Positions 30,061-47,836 of a stretch of DNA of 64,000 nucleotides are shown in pieces. Each line of letters starts with the position of its first letter. Positions within the stretch are counted from its first letter, which is position 1. The DNA lies in the NCBI RefSeq assembly GCF_009914755.1, contig NC_060927.1. One strand, given 5' to 3'. The notes under the pieces are model-generated. The model did no database searches. It was not told the origin of the DNA and was given only the letters and a program-made list of their open reading frames with translations. Origin of the DNA: the human T2T-CHM13v2.0 reference genome, Homo sapiens. The translations under genes were made by a program, and so were the position numbers.

Positions 30061-32594
30061 TGTTTTTAGTGATTTATCTGATCACAATTAAACCCTCACC
30101 TTTAACACTACGGGCATATCAAGGCTTTTTTTCAAACAAAGTTATTTCTCTCCTTGGGAGCATTTCTAGTCCCAGCTTACAAGACAATAATCTTTTCCTG
30201 TGGCCTGCCAGAGGCATGATCAACAGTCAAGCCCACTGGCTCGGGGTGGGGTGCAGGGGAGGGGGAGCTGGAGGAAGAGTAGGACTCCATATGAGAGGGA
30301 GTACGGAGCGACAGCAGACCAGGGACACAGATCAGGAGAAGCCTGGGGAGGCACAGAATGATCTGGCAGGCAAAGTGGTTCAAGATGAGTGGAGGTGGCG
30401 GGTGGGGAAGCTGGCCAGGCTGGAGCAGGGGGATCAGTGTAGACCAGGCTTAAGCATACTTTGGGCTTTATCCAAGGATCGCACCTTCCTAGAGGGGCCA
30501 AGGAGGTAACATAAATGGGTGAAGCAAGTAAGGTGTGAGGTGATAGGGAGTGCTGAAGACTCTGACAAACTGGAGATCACATGACCACTTTAGAGGGGCA
30601 GGACAGGGTGAACATATCTGCTATGATTGGTGGCTGCCCTGCAGGAACAGGGCCTCAATTTTTCAAAAGAGGCTGAACATGTGGATTTGTAAAATCTTCT
30701 GGCTTTAAATGCCGGCTCTGACTCTTTTAACACAACATGCCAGCCCAACAAAATGTAGCCATGAATGAAATTGACAGCAAGGCTGTCATATGCTTCTCAT
30801 GTACATATATGTGAATGCCAGTGCACCTGCACAAGGGCCTGTGCAAACTCATGTGTATCTGTATAAATGCACATGCAGTACAGCCCTGAATGCACACACA
30901 TACACACATACAGAGATAAGAGTGCCTCCTGTGCACATGTGTTTGAGTTCACCTGGCTACACATGTACACAAGTATTGCACATACAGATGCACACACGAG
31001 CACACTGGTATTGCATACATGCGTGCAGCATTGTACGGGAACCCTCCAGCAGTAGCCTAAGAAGATGTCCCCTGGTGTCCCCAGACTGCCCTGTGGATGC
31101 TGGGCCCTTCTCTCTCAGCAGTCTTGGGGGAAGCCAGAGCTGCCCTCTGGGGCCACTTCACTTGGCCTTTCCCAACTCAGCTGGAAGCAGAGTTCAGAGC
31201 AGGAGGATCACTAGTAAAATCTAGGATGCTGATCAAACTACACTTCAGGCTGCCTCTAGCCAGCTGCCTGATTTAGCAGGGGAAGGGTGGTCCTGAGCTT
31301 CCCTGGCTTCACAACACCCTCAGCTGCAGGGTCAGAACCCTCTGGAATTCTTCTATTTGATCCTCAGTCCCGGAAAGGTGGCAGGAGGGCATGGTAAGCT
31401 TCATAGCAAGGAAGGTGAGGAAGCTGGAGCTGGCGGGGACTTGATCCACACAGGTGACACAGCCAGGAAGGGTATCAGCTGGTGGCCCAGGCTCTGTCTC
31501 TGTCCTCACATCTGGCTACACAGGCACAGGTGTAGCATGTGTACTACACATGTGATCTCCAGTTTGATGTCTTCTGCAGAGTGCTCTCAACCCTGGAGAC
31601 GGCAGAACCAAGTCTCTCTACACCCTTTCCCAGCAAGGGGCCAGGGCCACAGAGGAAGAATCGCCCCTGAACTCTCAGAATCCTAAAGCTTCAATGGGTA
31701 AGAGCCCTTGTCAAATATGTCATTGACAAATGAGGAAACTGAGTCCCCAGGGCCAGAGCCATGCTCTAGTGGCCATGCCTGCTGTGGGGAGGAGGTGGGG
31801 CTGAGCCCCTGCAAAGGCTGTGGCTCCTGCTCCAGGCAGAGCTCTGCCCAGCACCACTGAGTGCCTGGTTCCATCTGCAGCAGTGCTACAGGAGGTATAG
31901 GGACCACACATGCATGCAGTCCAGAGCACCAGCAGGACACGTTGTGTGGCCCGCAGCCAGGTCAGTGGTCATTCACTGCCCCATGCCCCTCATGACCTCT
32001 GTGAAGATGGACAGAACCCTGGAGGCCCCCTGTGCATGGTGGGATGGTGGGAGTGCAGTGTCCACTAGCGGACATGTCCACAGTCCACAGCCAGGCCACA
32101 GACTTGGTGCCTTCCTTCTTTGACTCGACATCCTATTCCTTGAATTGCTGGGTGTCCCCGCTGGATGTCTGGGTGGGCAACTGTGGGTCGCTGGGCCCTG
32201 AGTGTGCCGTATGTGTGTCGGCTCCGGGGTGGCACTGCTGCAGGCGGTCCTTGCACCTTGCCAAAGCACCCAGGCAGGTTTTAACATAGAGTTTTACAGA
32301 AGTCAGATGCCCACATGATGACCAATTCATCTACACCGAAGAGCAAATGAAGGCAAGTGACAGCCCCTCCACCTCCAGGTTCTGGCAGCTGCTTGGAGCT
32401 GTTTTGATTTTCATCCTTGCATTCTGTCCATCACTGTAGCTGAAATGTGGAAGAACCTGTGTCCCTGGTCACCGATTTTAGACTGTATCTCTTGCTTCCC
32501 AGTTACAAAAGCTGAGGCTTCAGGGACTTGGTGTTTTTCCCACCTCTATGTATGTGATTTACATGTTTGTTTTCATTCTTCTACCTGGATAAAT

Positions 32595-33060
32595 TTCTTA
32601 CTGCAGCTGTAACAATGACCACAAACTTGGGAACTTAAAACAACACTTGGTTATTTTCTTACAGTTCTGGAAATCAGAAGTCCCAGAATGAAGGTGCCAT
32701 CGGTGGCGCTGGTTCCTCCTGGAGCCTCTAAGGGAAACTCCGTCTCCTGTGCTTCCCCAGCTTCCAGAGGTGACCTGCATTCCCCAGCTCCTTGCCCCCT
32801 CTTCCATCCTCAGAGCCACAGCTTGGCATCCTCCAGTCTCTGTCTCTGACCTCTTCTTCGGTCCTTGTTCCTCCTACTGCCCCTCGCATAAGGACCCTTG
32901 TGATTACGCTGGATCCACCAGATAACCCAGGATCCTCCCCCCATCTCCAGACCCTTAACTTAATCACATCCACGAAGGAAGTCCCTGCTGCCTTGTAAAG
33001 TAACATCTTCCCAGGTTCTGGGGATTCATATGTGGACAGCTTTGAGGAGCCACTCAATTG
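32595..33060 (-). mobile_element. MLT1D/E-like MaLR LTR
   Basis: ctgtaacaatgaccacaaactt...taaggacccttgtgattac...ccttaacttaatcacatc. Confidence 0.72.
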
Positions 33061-33803
33061 TGAAGGTCCACCATAGTACCTTCATAACTTCAAATCATAG
33101 GTTTAAACCTCTGTATCTTATCCCATCCATTTCAGTGTAGCTCTTGCCTGCCCACGCCATTTGCTTGATAAATATTTGTTCTGGGAGCTAGGTTTGCACA
33201 ACTGATCAAGCCAGGCAAAGCCTTATTTTCCCAAAGCCTATATTCCAGTGGGGAAAGACAGGCAATACATGGGATAAATGAATAAATGATATTCTCAGCA
33301 CAATTGCTTTTTGGAGGATAACTTGGTAAAATTTATGAAAATTTAAATTGTGCCTGTTCTCTGACTCTGCAAGCCTGCTGTCAAAAATTCATATATAATG
33401 ATATGTGTACAAGCCTGTTCTTTTTTTTTTTTTAATGAAATAATTTTTATTTGCTGTGATTATACATATTGACATTTGCACACTTTTTAAAACTTTTTAT
33501 TTGGAAAAAATTTAAATTTTATAGATAAGTTGCAAATATAAAAAGAGTGTAAAGAATACCCATACACCCTTTTCCCAGAAAGACTTATTGTTAGCATTTC
33601 ACACAATTGGCTTTTTGGTTTCTTTCTTTCCCCACCCACCTCACCCCATGGTTCTCTCTCTCCATACATGTTACATACACATAATTATATACTTAATTTT
33701 TTTCTTAGTAAATTGAAGGTGTCACATACATGATGGCCCTTTACTCCAAACATCAGTGCATATTTCCTAAGAATGTAGATATTCTCTTACTTAGCCCCAG
33801 TAG

Positions 33804-33990
33804 TTATATATATATATATATATAACATATATATGTTATATATATATATAACATATATGTTATATATATATATAACATATATATGTTATATATATATATA
33901 ACATATATATGTTATATATATATATAACATATATATGTTATATATATATATAACATATATATATAACTACTATATAACATATATATATAA
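33804..33990. repeat. (TA)n-based tandem repeat with recurring palindromic aacatatatatgtt units
   Basis: Direct reading of the sequence. Confidence 0.92.
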
Positions 33991-34775
33991 ATATGTATGT
34001 TAATTTTACTTTAATTTCTGGGGTACATGTGCAGAACGTGCAGGTTTGTTGCATAGCTATACGTGTGCCATGATGGTTTGCTCCACCTATTAACCCATCA
34101 ACTAGGTTCCCTCCCCTGGCCCCCCACCCCCCAACAGGCACTGGTGTGTTGTTCCCCTCCCTGTGTCCATGTGTTCTCATTGTTCAACTCCCACTTATGA
34201 GTGAGAACATCATATTTTGGGTACCATTATAAACTGTAAGTCACGCCTGATAATCTCATGTCTGAATACCCAAATATGTGATGTTTGGTTTTCTGTTCCT
34301 GTGTTAGTTTGCTGAGGATGATGGCTTCCAGCTTCTCCATGTTCCTGCAAAGGACATGATCTCATTCCTTTTTATGGCTGCACAGTATTCCATGGTGTAT
34401 ATGTGCAACATTTTCTTTATCCAGTTTATCATTGATGGGCATTTGGGTTGGCTCCATGTCTTTGCTATTGTAAATAGTCCTGCAATAAACATATGTGTGC
34501 ATGTGTCTTTATAGTAGAGTGATTTGTAATCCTTTGGGTATATACCCAGTAATGGGATTGCTGGGTCAGATGGTATTTCTGATTCTAGATCCTTGAGGAA
34601 TCACCACACTGTCTTCAGCAATGGTTGAACTAATTTACACTCCCACCAACAGTGTAAAAGTGTTCCTGTTTCTCCACCACCTCACCAGCATCTATTGTTT
34701 CTTGACTTTTTAATAATCGCCATTCTGACGGGTATGAAATGGTATCTCATTGTGGTTTTGATTTGCATTTCTCCA
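33990..34775 (-). mobile_element. Older L1PA (about L1PA7/8-like) 3' fragment inside the transduced segment, nested in an L1MC-like 3' end (~33480-33800 and 34780-35218)
   Basis: Typical L1PA 3'UTR (gggtacatgtgcagaacgtgcagg...) and ORF2 tail ([20 protein letters not shown]). Confidence 0.8.
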
Positions 34776-35270
34776 ACTTCAATATATTTAACACTGATAG
34801 AATACTTTTTTCTTATCTACCTTTCATACATCAGTATTGTCATTTGATCCAGTAATGTTCTTTATAGCATTTTCCTCTGTGGTACAGGATCCAGTCTGTC
34901 ATCAGGTATAGCATTTAAGTGCCATGTCTCTTTACCCACTTTCAATAGGGAATACTTCTACAACCTTTCTTTTTATTTTCTGACATTGACTTTTTTTTCT
35001 GACATTGACATTTTGGAAGAATGGATTACTGCCACACCCGCCCCCAACTTTTTTTTAATGAAACATTTCCCGTTTGGGGTTTTTTAGATAGCCTTTCGTG
35101 ATCACTTTCAAGTTATGCATTCTTCTTTGGAATGTTGCATAGGAGATGTTGTGTCCTTCTCAGGCTATCACATCTGAAAGCATATCACGTCCATCTGTCC
35201 TTCATTGGTGATGTTAACTTTTTTTTTTTCATTGATCTTTTTGCTTTTAATTTTTTTTTTTTTTTCGCTC

Positions 35271-36967
<1,697 letters not shown>

Positions 36968-38404
36968 CTAGAATTTATAGATGAATATGATGATACAGGT
37001 TGTAGCTGCTGGGTTTACAGCACTGTTTATAAAACAGGCAGAACCTGCCCTCATGGAGCACGTTGGAGTGCAGAAAGACAGATCGCACACCCTGAACGAA
37101 TCTGTGCTTTAGGCTGTGCCTAGGAGGCAGGAAGGGCTAGGGAGAGAAGCAAAGCTGGGGAGAGAGCTGAGGAGTGCTGGCAGAGGTGGCTTTTGTTTGT
37201 TTTTAACTGTTGTTGTATTTACCTCAAAAATTTTAAGTTATTAGTTTAAATCAATTAATTATTAACTAGAGTTTAATTTTAAATTATTTTAATAATTTTA
37301 ATTAAGTCGATTAATATTGATTGAATAACTTATAGTTGATTTAACTATAATTAATAAATAAATTTTTAATTTTCAAATTTTAGATTTACAAGCATTGCGG
37401 ATAGTGCAAACATTCCTGAATACCCCTCCCCAGCCTCCCCGACACATCACATAGCCAGGGTACATTCATCAAAACTAGGAAATGAAGATGGGTGCAGGAC
37501 TGCTGGCTCAACTCCAGGCTTGAACGGGCTTTCTCCAGTTTTTCCACAGAGGTGCCTTGCCGGTCCTAGGACATCGTTCAGGATTCTTCACTGCATTCTG
37601 TGGTCACATCTCATGGTCTCCTCCACTCTGCAACAGCTCCTTAGTCTTTCTTTGTCTTTTGTGCCCTTGACACTTCTGGGATGGAGTGGGGCTGGAGCTA
37701 AGTGAGAAGTATAGCAGGCAGTGAGGTCTGGGTGGGAAGCGTGGGGCAGACTCCTGTGGGACCTCATAGAGGTTTTCACTTTTCCTCCGAGGCAAACAGG
37801 GAGCCCCCAGGAAGCTCCTGAACAGAGGCAGGACATGATCAGACCGACTTTAACTGGGCCCTTCTGGCTGCTGTCCCTCAGGGAGCTGGAAAGGGTGAGG
37901 CCAGGTTGGGATGTCTGTGGATGATTCTGCAGTAGTCTAGGCAAGAGATCATGGGTGCTGTGGGCCACAGTGGGTGAGGAGCAGGGTCAAACTCCAGGTG
38001 TATTTTCAGGACAAAGCAGAAGACACCTAGGATTTTGACCCGCCTTGCTGTTGAGGTCTGCAGTCTTCCCCCAGCCTCCCCATCTCCTGTGCTGCTGGGG
38101 GCATTGTTGTCAAGGATGCTGACACCTGCATTCCAGACTTCATACATAGGATGATTCCAGAAACTGAAGCCTGCATGTCATGTTTACATAATGTAAATTT
38201 TATGCGAGTTTGACCATTTCATTGCCAAATGAAAGAGCTAGTTTCTGGTTACCATAATTTATCTACTCGATTCTTCATTGGAAAATGTTTAGATTGTTCA
38301 CAAATGTTTGCTGTCATAATGCTAAAAGAACAGACTTGTATATATACTTTTATATGTGGATTTTTAATATGATGGGTTTGCTAGGTCAAAGAAAGATTGC
38401 AGTC

Positions 38405-39090
38405 TTTTTCCATAAGTTATTGGGGTACAGGTGGTATTTGGTTGCATGTGTAAGTTCTTTAGTGGTGATTTGTGAGATTTTGGTGCACCCATCACCCGAC
38501 CAGTATACCCTGCACCATATCTGTAATCTTTTATACCTTGCCCCCCTCTTACTCTTCCCCCCAAGTCCCCAAAGTCCATTGTATCATTCTTATGCCTTTG
38601 TATCCTCATAGCTTAGCTCTCACATATCAGTGAGAACATATGATGTTTGGTTTTCCATTCCTGAGTTACTTCACTTAGAATAATAGTCTCCAATCTCATT
38701 TAGGTCACTGCAAATGCTGTTAATTCATTCCTTTTTATGGCTGAGTAGTATTCCATCATATATATATATACCACAGTTTCTTTATCCACTCGTTGACTGA
38801 TGGGCTTTTGGGTTGGTTCTACAATTTGCAATTGTGAATTGTGCTGCTATAAACATGCGTGGGCCAGTATCTTTTTCAAATAATGACTTCTTTTCCTCTG
38901 GGTAGATACCTAGTAGTGGCATTGCTGGATCAAATGGTTGTTCCACTTTTAGTTCTTTAAGGAATCTCCACACTGATTTCCATAGTGGCTGTACTAGTTT
39001 ACATTCCCACCAGCAGCGTAGAAGTGTTCCCTGTTCACCACATCCAAGCCAACATCTACTGTTTTTTGATTTTTTTATTATGGCCAAAAG
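38405..39090 (-). mobile_element. L1PB-type 3' fragment
   Basis: ccataagttattggggtacaggtggtatttgg; ORF2 tail [29 protein letters not shown]. Confidence 0.85.
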
Positions 39091-39802
39091 AATGATTAAG
39101 TTTTGATGAAGTTTGCCAAATTATCCTCCAAAAAAAAATTGTACTACAATCAACAGTAATGAGAGTAACTCTTTCCCCCACGCTTGGATATAATCTTTTA
39201 CATTTTTGCAATGTAGTCAACCTCCACAGGATATATTGTTTTTTTATTTCATTTTTCTGCATATTTACAAAGTTAGATATCTTCTCATGTGCCTACTTGC
39301 CATTTGCATGTCTTTTACTGTAAGTTGCTAGTTTATATCTATTGCCCATTTTTCTATTGGGATTTTTATGTTTTACTCACTAATTTGTAGAACAGTTTTG
39401 TGCATTCCAGATATATTCGGATTGTTGACTCATATATTTCTATCCATGTCTCATATTTATCTTCTAACTTCACTCATAGGGTGTCTGTTCTTAAACAGGA
39501 GTTTAAATGGTAGTGTCAAGCATGTCTATCTTTTCCATAATGGCACCTGCATCTTGCTATTTCTTGTACCTTTATAATTGTGTGTTTGTGGTTGGCTCTT
39601 TTACCCACTTGGAGTGGATTTTCTGTGTATGGTGTGAGAAGAACCTCCATCTTTCCTCTCTTATCATATAAGTAACCTTGTATTGATAACTTATATTAAA
39701 TAGCCATATGTACTTGAGTTATTTTCTAGAATCTGTATGTTGCCTCATGTCTTCTTTGCCTTTATCTGTTATAACACCACATTAAAAAAATGTTTAACCT
39801 CA

Positions 39803-39975
39803 GCTGGGTGTGGTGGTGTGTGCCTGGAGTCCCAGCTACTCAGGAAGCTGAGGTGTGGCAAATCGCTTGAGCCTGGGAATTTGAAGCTGCAGTGAGCTAT
39901 GATCCCATCTCTGCACTCCAGCCTGGGCAGCAGAGCAAGAACCTGTCTCAAATAGAATTAATAAAATAAATTAAA
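39803..39975 (+). mobile_element. Alu right-arm monomer (FRAM/AluJ)
   Basis: Single arm gctgggtgtggtgg...cactccagcctgggcagcagagcaaga, followed by an A-rich tail. Confidence 0.8.
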
Positions 39976-42176
39976 TAATAAAACAAAACCAAACAATTTA
40001 AACCTCTATAGGATGTTTCAGTAATTTGTCAGGCAATCTCCCCACCTCTACCACCATTGTTGTGTCATATTGGGTTGCATCTTATACATTTTCTCCTCCA
40101 GATAAATTTTGGAATCAAGTCCCATTTTTTAAAATCCTCTTTGGATTTGTACTGGAATTGCAATGAATTATAGATCAATATGACAGAAATTGGGATCTTT
40201 ACAATACTGAGTCTCCCCATACAGAAAAAAAAAAAAAAAGGTAAGCAATTCCAGTTAGGTCTTCTTTATGTTTTCCATTAAAGTTTCAGCATATTATTAC
40301 ACTTTTTTTTTTTTTTTACCAATTTCCTGCCATGTTGCTTGTGATTTTTCTTCCTGTCATAAAAGTTATGAACTCTACTTACTGTTGCAGTTTTTAGTTG
40401 ATTTTGATTGTGTTAGTGCCCTCAGTGATGGCCCCTCATTCATCCACACCCTCTGCTGTATGTTCTCACTGGGCTTGGCCGTATGACTTGTTCTGCCCAG
40501 TGGGTCAGAGCAGACAGGATGCAAGCCGAGGTCTGAAATGAGCTTGCAAGGTGGGCCTTGCTATCTTGCAGCCATGGGCTATACCCCAGCTGGCCTGCTG
40601 GCCCAAGGCGAAATGTGAGCAACATGGAGCAGAGCCCCAGCCAGCCCAGCCTGAGTCACAGCAGAATCCCTCGTTCCCCACAGACACAGGAGCAAGATTA
40701 ACTCAGGTCAGCAGACTCCCAGCCAACCCACAGGATCATAGCTCTAGTACTAAATCAGGACTGTTTCAGAGCACTGAGCTTTGAGGTGGGCTGTCAATTA
40801 CACAGTAATTGCTGACTGAAACATTGACATGCAATCAGTCCATGTATTTCTGTGGGTTTATCTTGTGTCTGGCCATTGATTGAACAGTTTTATTAATTCT
40901 GGCAGATTTTCAGTTGATCATTTTCAGCCCTTCCGGACAGATAATTACATCATATGCGATAAAAGTCATCTTGTCCCTTCCTTTCCTATCCTTTCAGTCT
41001 TTTTTTTTTTCTTGTCATATTACATTGGCAAGGACTTTGCAAATAATAAGTTGTGCTTGTTTTTGTGGGTCTTCTGGGTGCATGCTGCTATTTGTGAATA
41101 TAAGTGTGTCCTATTCACCCTTTGCCTTGAGAGACTTAACAAGACATTTCTTCTTGATGAATACAGTGCTCTTCCCTGTGTCTCATTATTTCTTGTACTT
41201 TTAGCATTGTGTGTTTATGGTTGCTTCTTTAACCTACCTGGAGCGAATTTTCTGTGCATGATGTGACGATGTTAGGAAAAGCTCTATCTTTTCTCTTTTG
41301 TCATGTGAATAACCAGTGTCTCCAGAAGCCTGAGAATGTCTATGTCTCCAGTGTCTCTGAAAGAATGAGAACATCTCTCTGGATATGACAAATTTGTCCA
41401 GAATCCCTCTCATAAGGGCAGCAGAGGATGGGGGAGCCTCATGGGTACCCAGGCAGCAGAAGCTGGAAGTGAACTGACATGAATGGGGCTTGAGGATGCA
41501 ATCTGCCCCTATCCTCAGGAGTCTGAGGGCAGCACAGAGGCAGGGTAGTGGGGAAGGAAAACATCAGGCACATAAGATGCCCCTCACACTCAACTCCCTG
41601 GTCACAAACTAGAGAGTCACCAGCCCCCATCATGAGCCCCTCTTCTGGATGCAGGGCCTGCCCTTCTGTGGAGGTCTTAGGAGTGATGGCATAAGAGGAC
41701 AGAGACCTAGGTATAAGTCGCAGGCATCTGGTATTGAACAGAGCACTCCAGTGATTAGCTTCCTCTCTGGGAATACAAACCAAACCCAGGAAATGTGCAC
41801 AGCCTTGTAAAACCACTACAATTTCAGATTGGGTTTATCTGGTTTATTGCTTGATATGCAATTAGAAGTGTCTTGAACACATCAGCTTTCAGTTCTTCCC
41901 ACGGTTGAGTATTTAATGACCTGTGAATGAACCCTGAGAAGATGCAACTTCAACTGAGCCCTGCAACCCTTTTGTAAGGGAATGTGTTCACCCTCCAAAA
42001 ACCTACTTGCAAGTAATATGTTAAGGCACAGATGCTAGAAAGCATTTGATTTAATAAAATGTCTAGTGGGGGGGAGGAGCCAAGATGGCCGAATAGGAAC
42101 AGCTCTGGTCTACAGCTCCCAGCTTGAGCGACGCAGAAGACGGGTGATTTCTGCATTTCCATCTGAGGTACCGGGT

Positions 42177-42473
42177 TTATCTCACTAGGGAGTGCCAGAC
42201 AGTGGGCGCAGGCCAGTGGGTGCATGCACTGTGTGCAAGCCGAAGCAGGGCGAGGCATTGCCTCACTTGGGAAGCGCAAGGGGTCAGGGAGTTCCCTTTC
42301 CGAGTCAAAGAAAGGGGTGACGGATGCACCTGGAAAATCGGGTGAACCATGAGATTATATCCCACACCTGGCTCGGAGGGTCCTATGCCCACGGAATCTC
42401 GCTGACTGCTAGCACAGCAGTCTGAGATCAAACTGCAAGGCGCCAGCGAGGCTGGGGGAGGGGCGCCCGCCAT
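42177..42473 (-). CDS. ORF0: LINE-1 antisense ORF0, frameshifted variant (98 aa)
   Basis: Begins MAGAPPPASLAPCSLISDCCASSQRDSVGIGPSEPGVGYNL like canonical ORF0, then diverges at the 5'UTR deletion near 42343. Confidence 0.6.
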   Translation of the reverse strand: MAGAPPPASLAPCSLISDCCASSQRDSVGIGPSEPGVGYNLMVHPIFQVHPSPLSLTRKGNSLTPCASQVRQCLALLRLAHSACTHWPAPTVWHSLVR

Positions 42474-42928
42474 TGCCCAGGCTTGCTTAGGTAAACAAAG
42501 CAGCCAGGAAGCTCGAACTGGGTGGAGCCCACCACAGCTCAAGGAGGCCTGCCTGTCTCTGTAGGCGCCACCGCTGGGGGCAGGGCACAGACAAACAAAA
42601 AGACAGCAGTAACCTCTGCAGACTTAAGTGTCCCTGTCTGACAGCTTTGAAGAGAGCAGTGGTTCTCCCAGCACTCAGCTGGAGATCTGAGAACGGGCAG
42701 ACTGCCTCCTCAAGTGGGTCCCGGACCCCTGACCCCCGAGCAGCCTAACTGGGAGGCACCCCCCAGCAGGGGCACACTGACACCTCACACTGCAGGGTAT
42801 TCCAACAGACCTGCAGCTGAGGGTCCTGTCTGTTAGAAGGAAAACTAACAAACAGAAAGGACATCCACACCGAAAACCCATCTGTACATCACCATCATCA
42901 AAGACCAAAAGTAGATAAAACCACAAAG

Positions 42929-43945
42929 ATGGGGAAAAAACAGAACAGAAAAACTGGAAACTCTAAAACGCAGAGTGCCTCTCCTCCTCCAAAGGAACGC
43001 AGTTCCTCACCAGCAACGGAACAAAGCTGGATGGAGAATGACTTTGACGAGCTGAGAGAAGAAGGCTTCAGACGATCAAATTACTCTGAGCTACGGGAGG
43101 ACATTCAAACCAAAGGCAAAGAAGTTGAAAACTTTGAAAAAAATTTAGAAGAATGTATAACTAGAATAACCAATACAGAGAAGTGCTTAAAGGAGCTGAT
43201 GGAGCTGAAAACCAAGGCTCGAGAACTACGTGAAGAATGCAGAAGCCTCAGGAGCCGATGCGATCAACTGGAAGAAAGGGTATCAGCAATGGAAGATGAA
43301 ATGAATGAAATGAAGCGAGAAGGGAAGTTTAGAGAAAAAAGAATAAAAAGAAATGAGCAAAGCCTCCAAGAAATATGGGACTATGTGAAAAGACCAAATC
43401 TACGTCTGATTGGTGTACCTGAAAGTGATGGGGAGAATGGAACCAAGTTGGAAAACACTCTGCAGGATATTATCCAAGAGAACTTCCCCAATCTAGCAAG
43501 GCAGGCCAACGTTCAGATTCAGGAAATACAGAGAACGCCACAAAGATACTCCTCAAGAAGAGCAACTCCAAGACACATAATTGTCAGATTCACCAAAGTT
43601 GAAATGAAGGAAAAAATGTTAAGGGCAGCCAGAGAGAAAGGTCGGGTTACCCTCAAAGGGAAGCCCATCAGACTAACAGCGGATCTCTCGGCAGAAACAC
43701 TACAAGCCAGAAGAGAGTGGGGGCCAATATTCAACATTCTTAAAGAAAAGAATTTTCAACCCAGAATTTCATATCCAGCCAAACTAAGCTTCATAAGTGA
43801 AGGAGAAATAAAATACTTCACAGACAAGCAAATGCTGAGAGATTTTGTCACCACTAGGCCTGCCCTAAAAGAGCTCCTGAAGGAAGCACTAAACATGGAA
43901 AGGAACAACCAGTACCAGCCGCTGCAAAATCATGCCAAAATGTAA
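42929..43945 (+). CDS. ORF1: LINE-1 ORF1p (RNA-binding chaperone), intact, 338 aa
   Basis: MGKKQNRKTGNSKTQSASPPPKERSSSP...; REKG, ARR and YPAKLS motifs retained; full canonical length. Confidence 0.96.
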   Translation: MGKKQNRKTGNSKTQSASPPPKERSSSPATEQSWMENDFDELREEGFRRSNYSELREDIQTKGKEVENFEKNLEECITRITNTEKCLKELMELKTKARELREECRSLRSRCDQLEERVSAMEDEMNEMKREGKFREKRIKRNEQSLQEIWDYVKRPNLRLIGVPESDGENGTKLENTLQDIIQENFPNLARQANVQIQEIQRTPQRYSSRRATPRHIIVRFTKVEMKEKMLRAAREKGRVTLKGKPIRLTADLSAETLQARREWGPIFNILKEKNFQPRISYPAKLSFISEGEIKYFTDKQMLRDFVTTRPALKELLKEALNMERNNQYQPLQNHAKM

Positions 43946-43981
43946 AGACCATCGAGACTAGGAAGAAACTGCATCAACTAA

Positions 43982-47836
<3,855 letters not shown>

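Noticed and set aside
37225-37385. Very AT-rich, quasi-palindromic stretch
   Set aside because: It abuts the 3' end of an old antisense L1M fragment; most simply a decayed tail or low-complexity tract with no long perfect inverted repeat.
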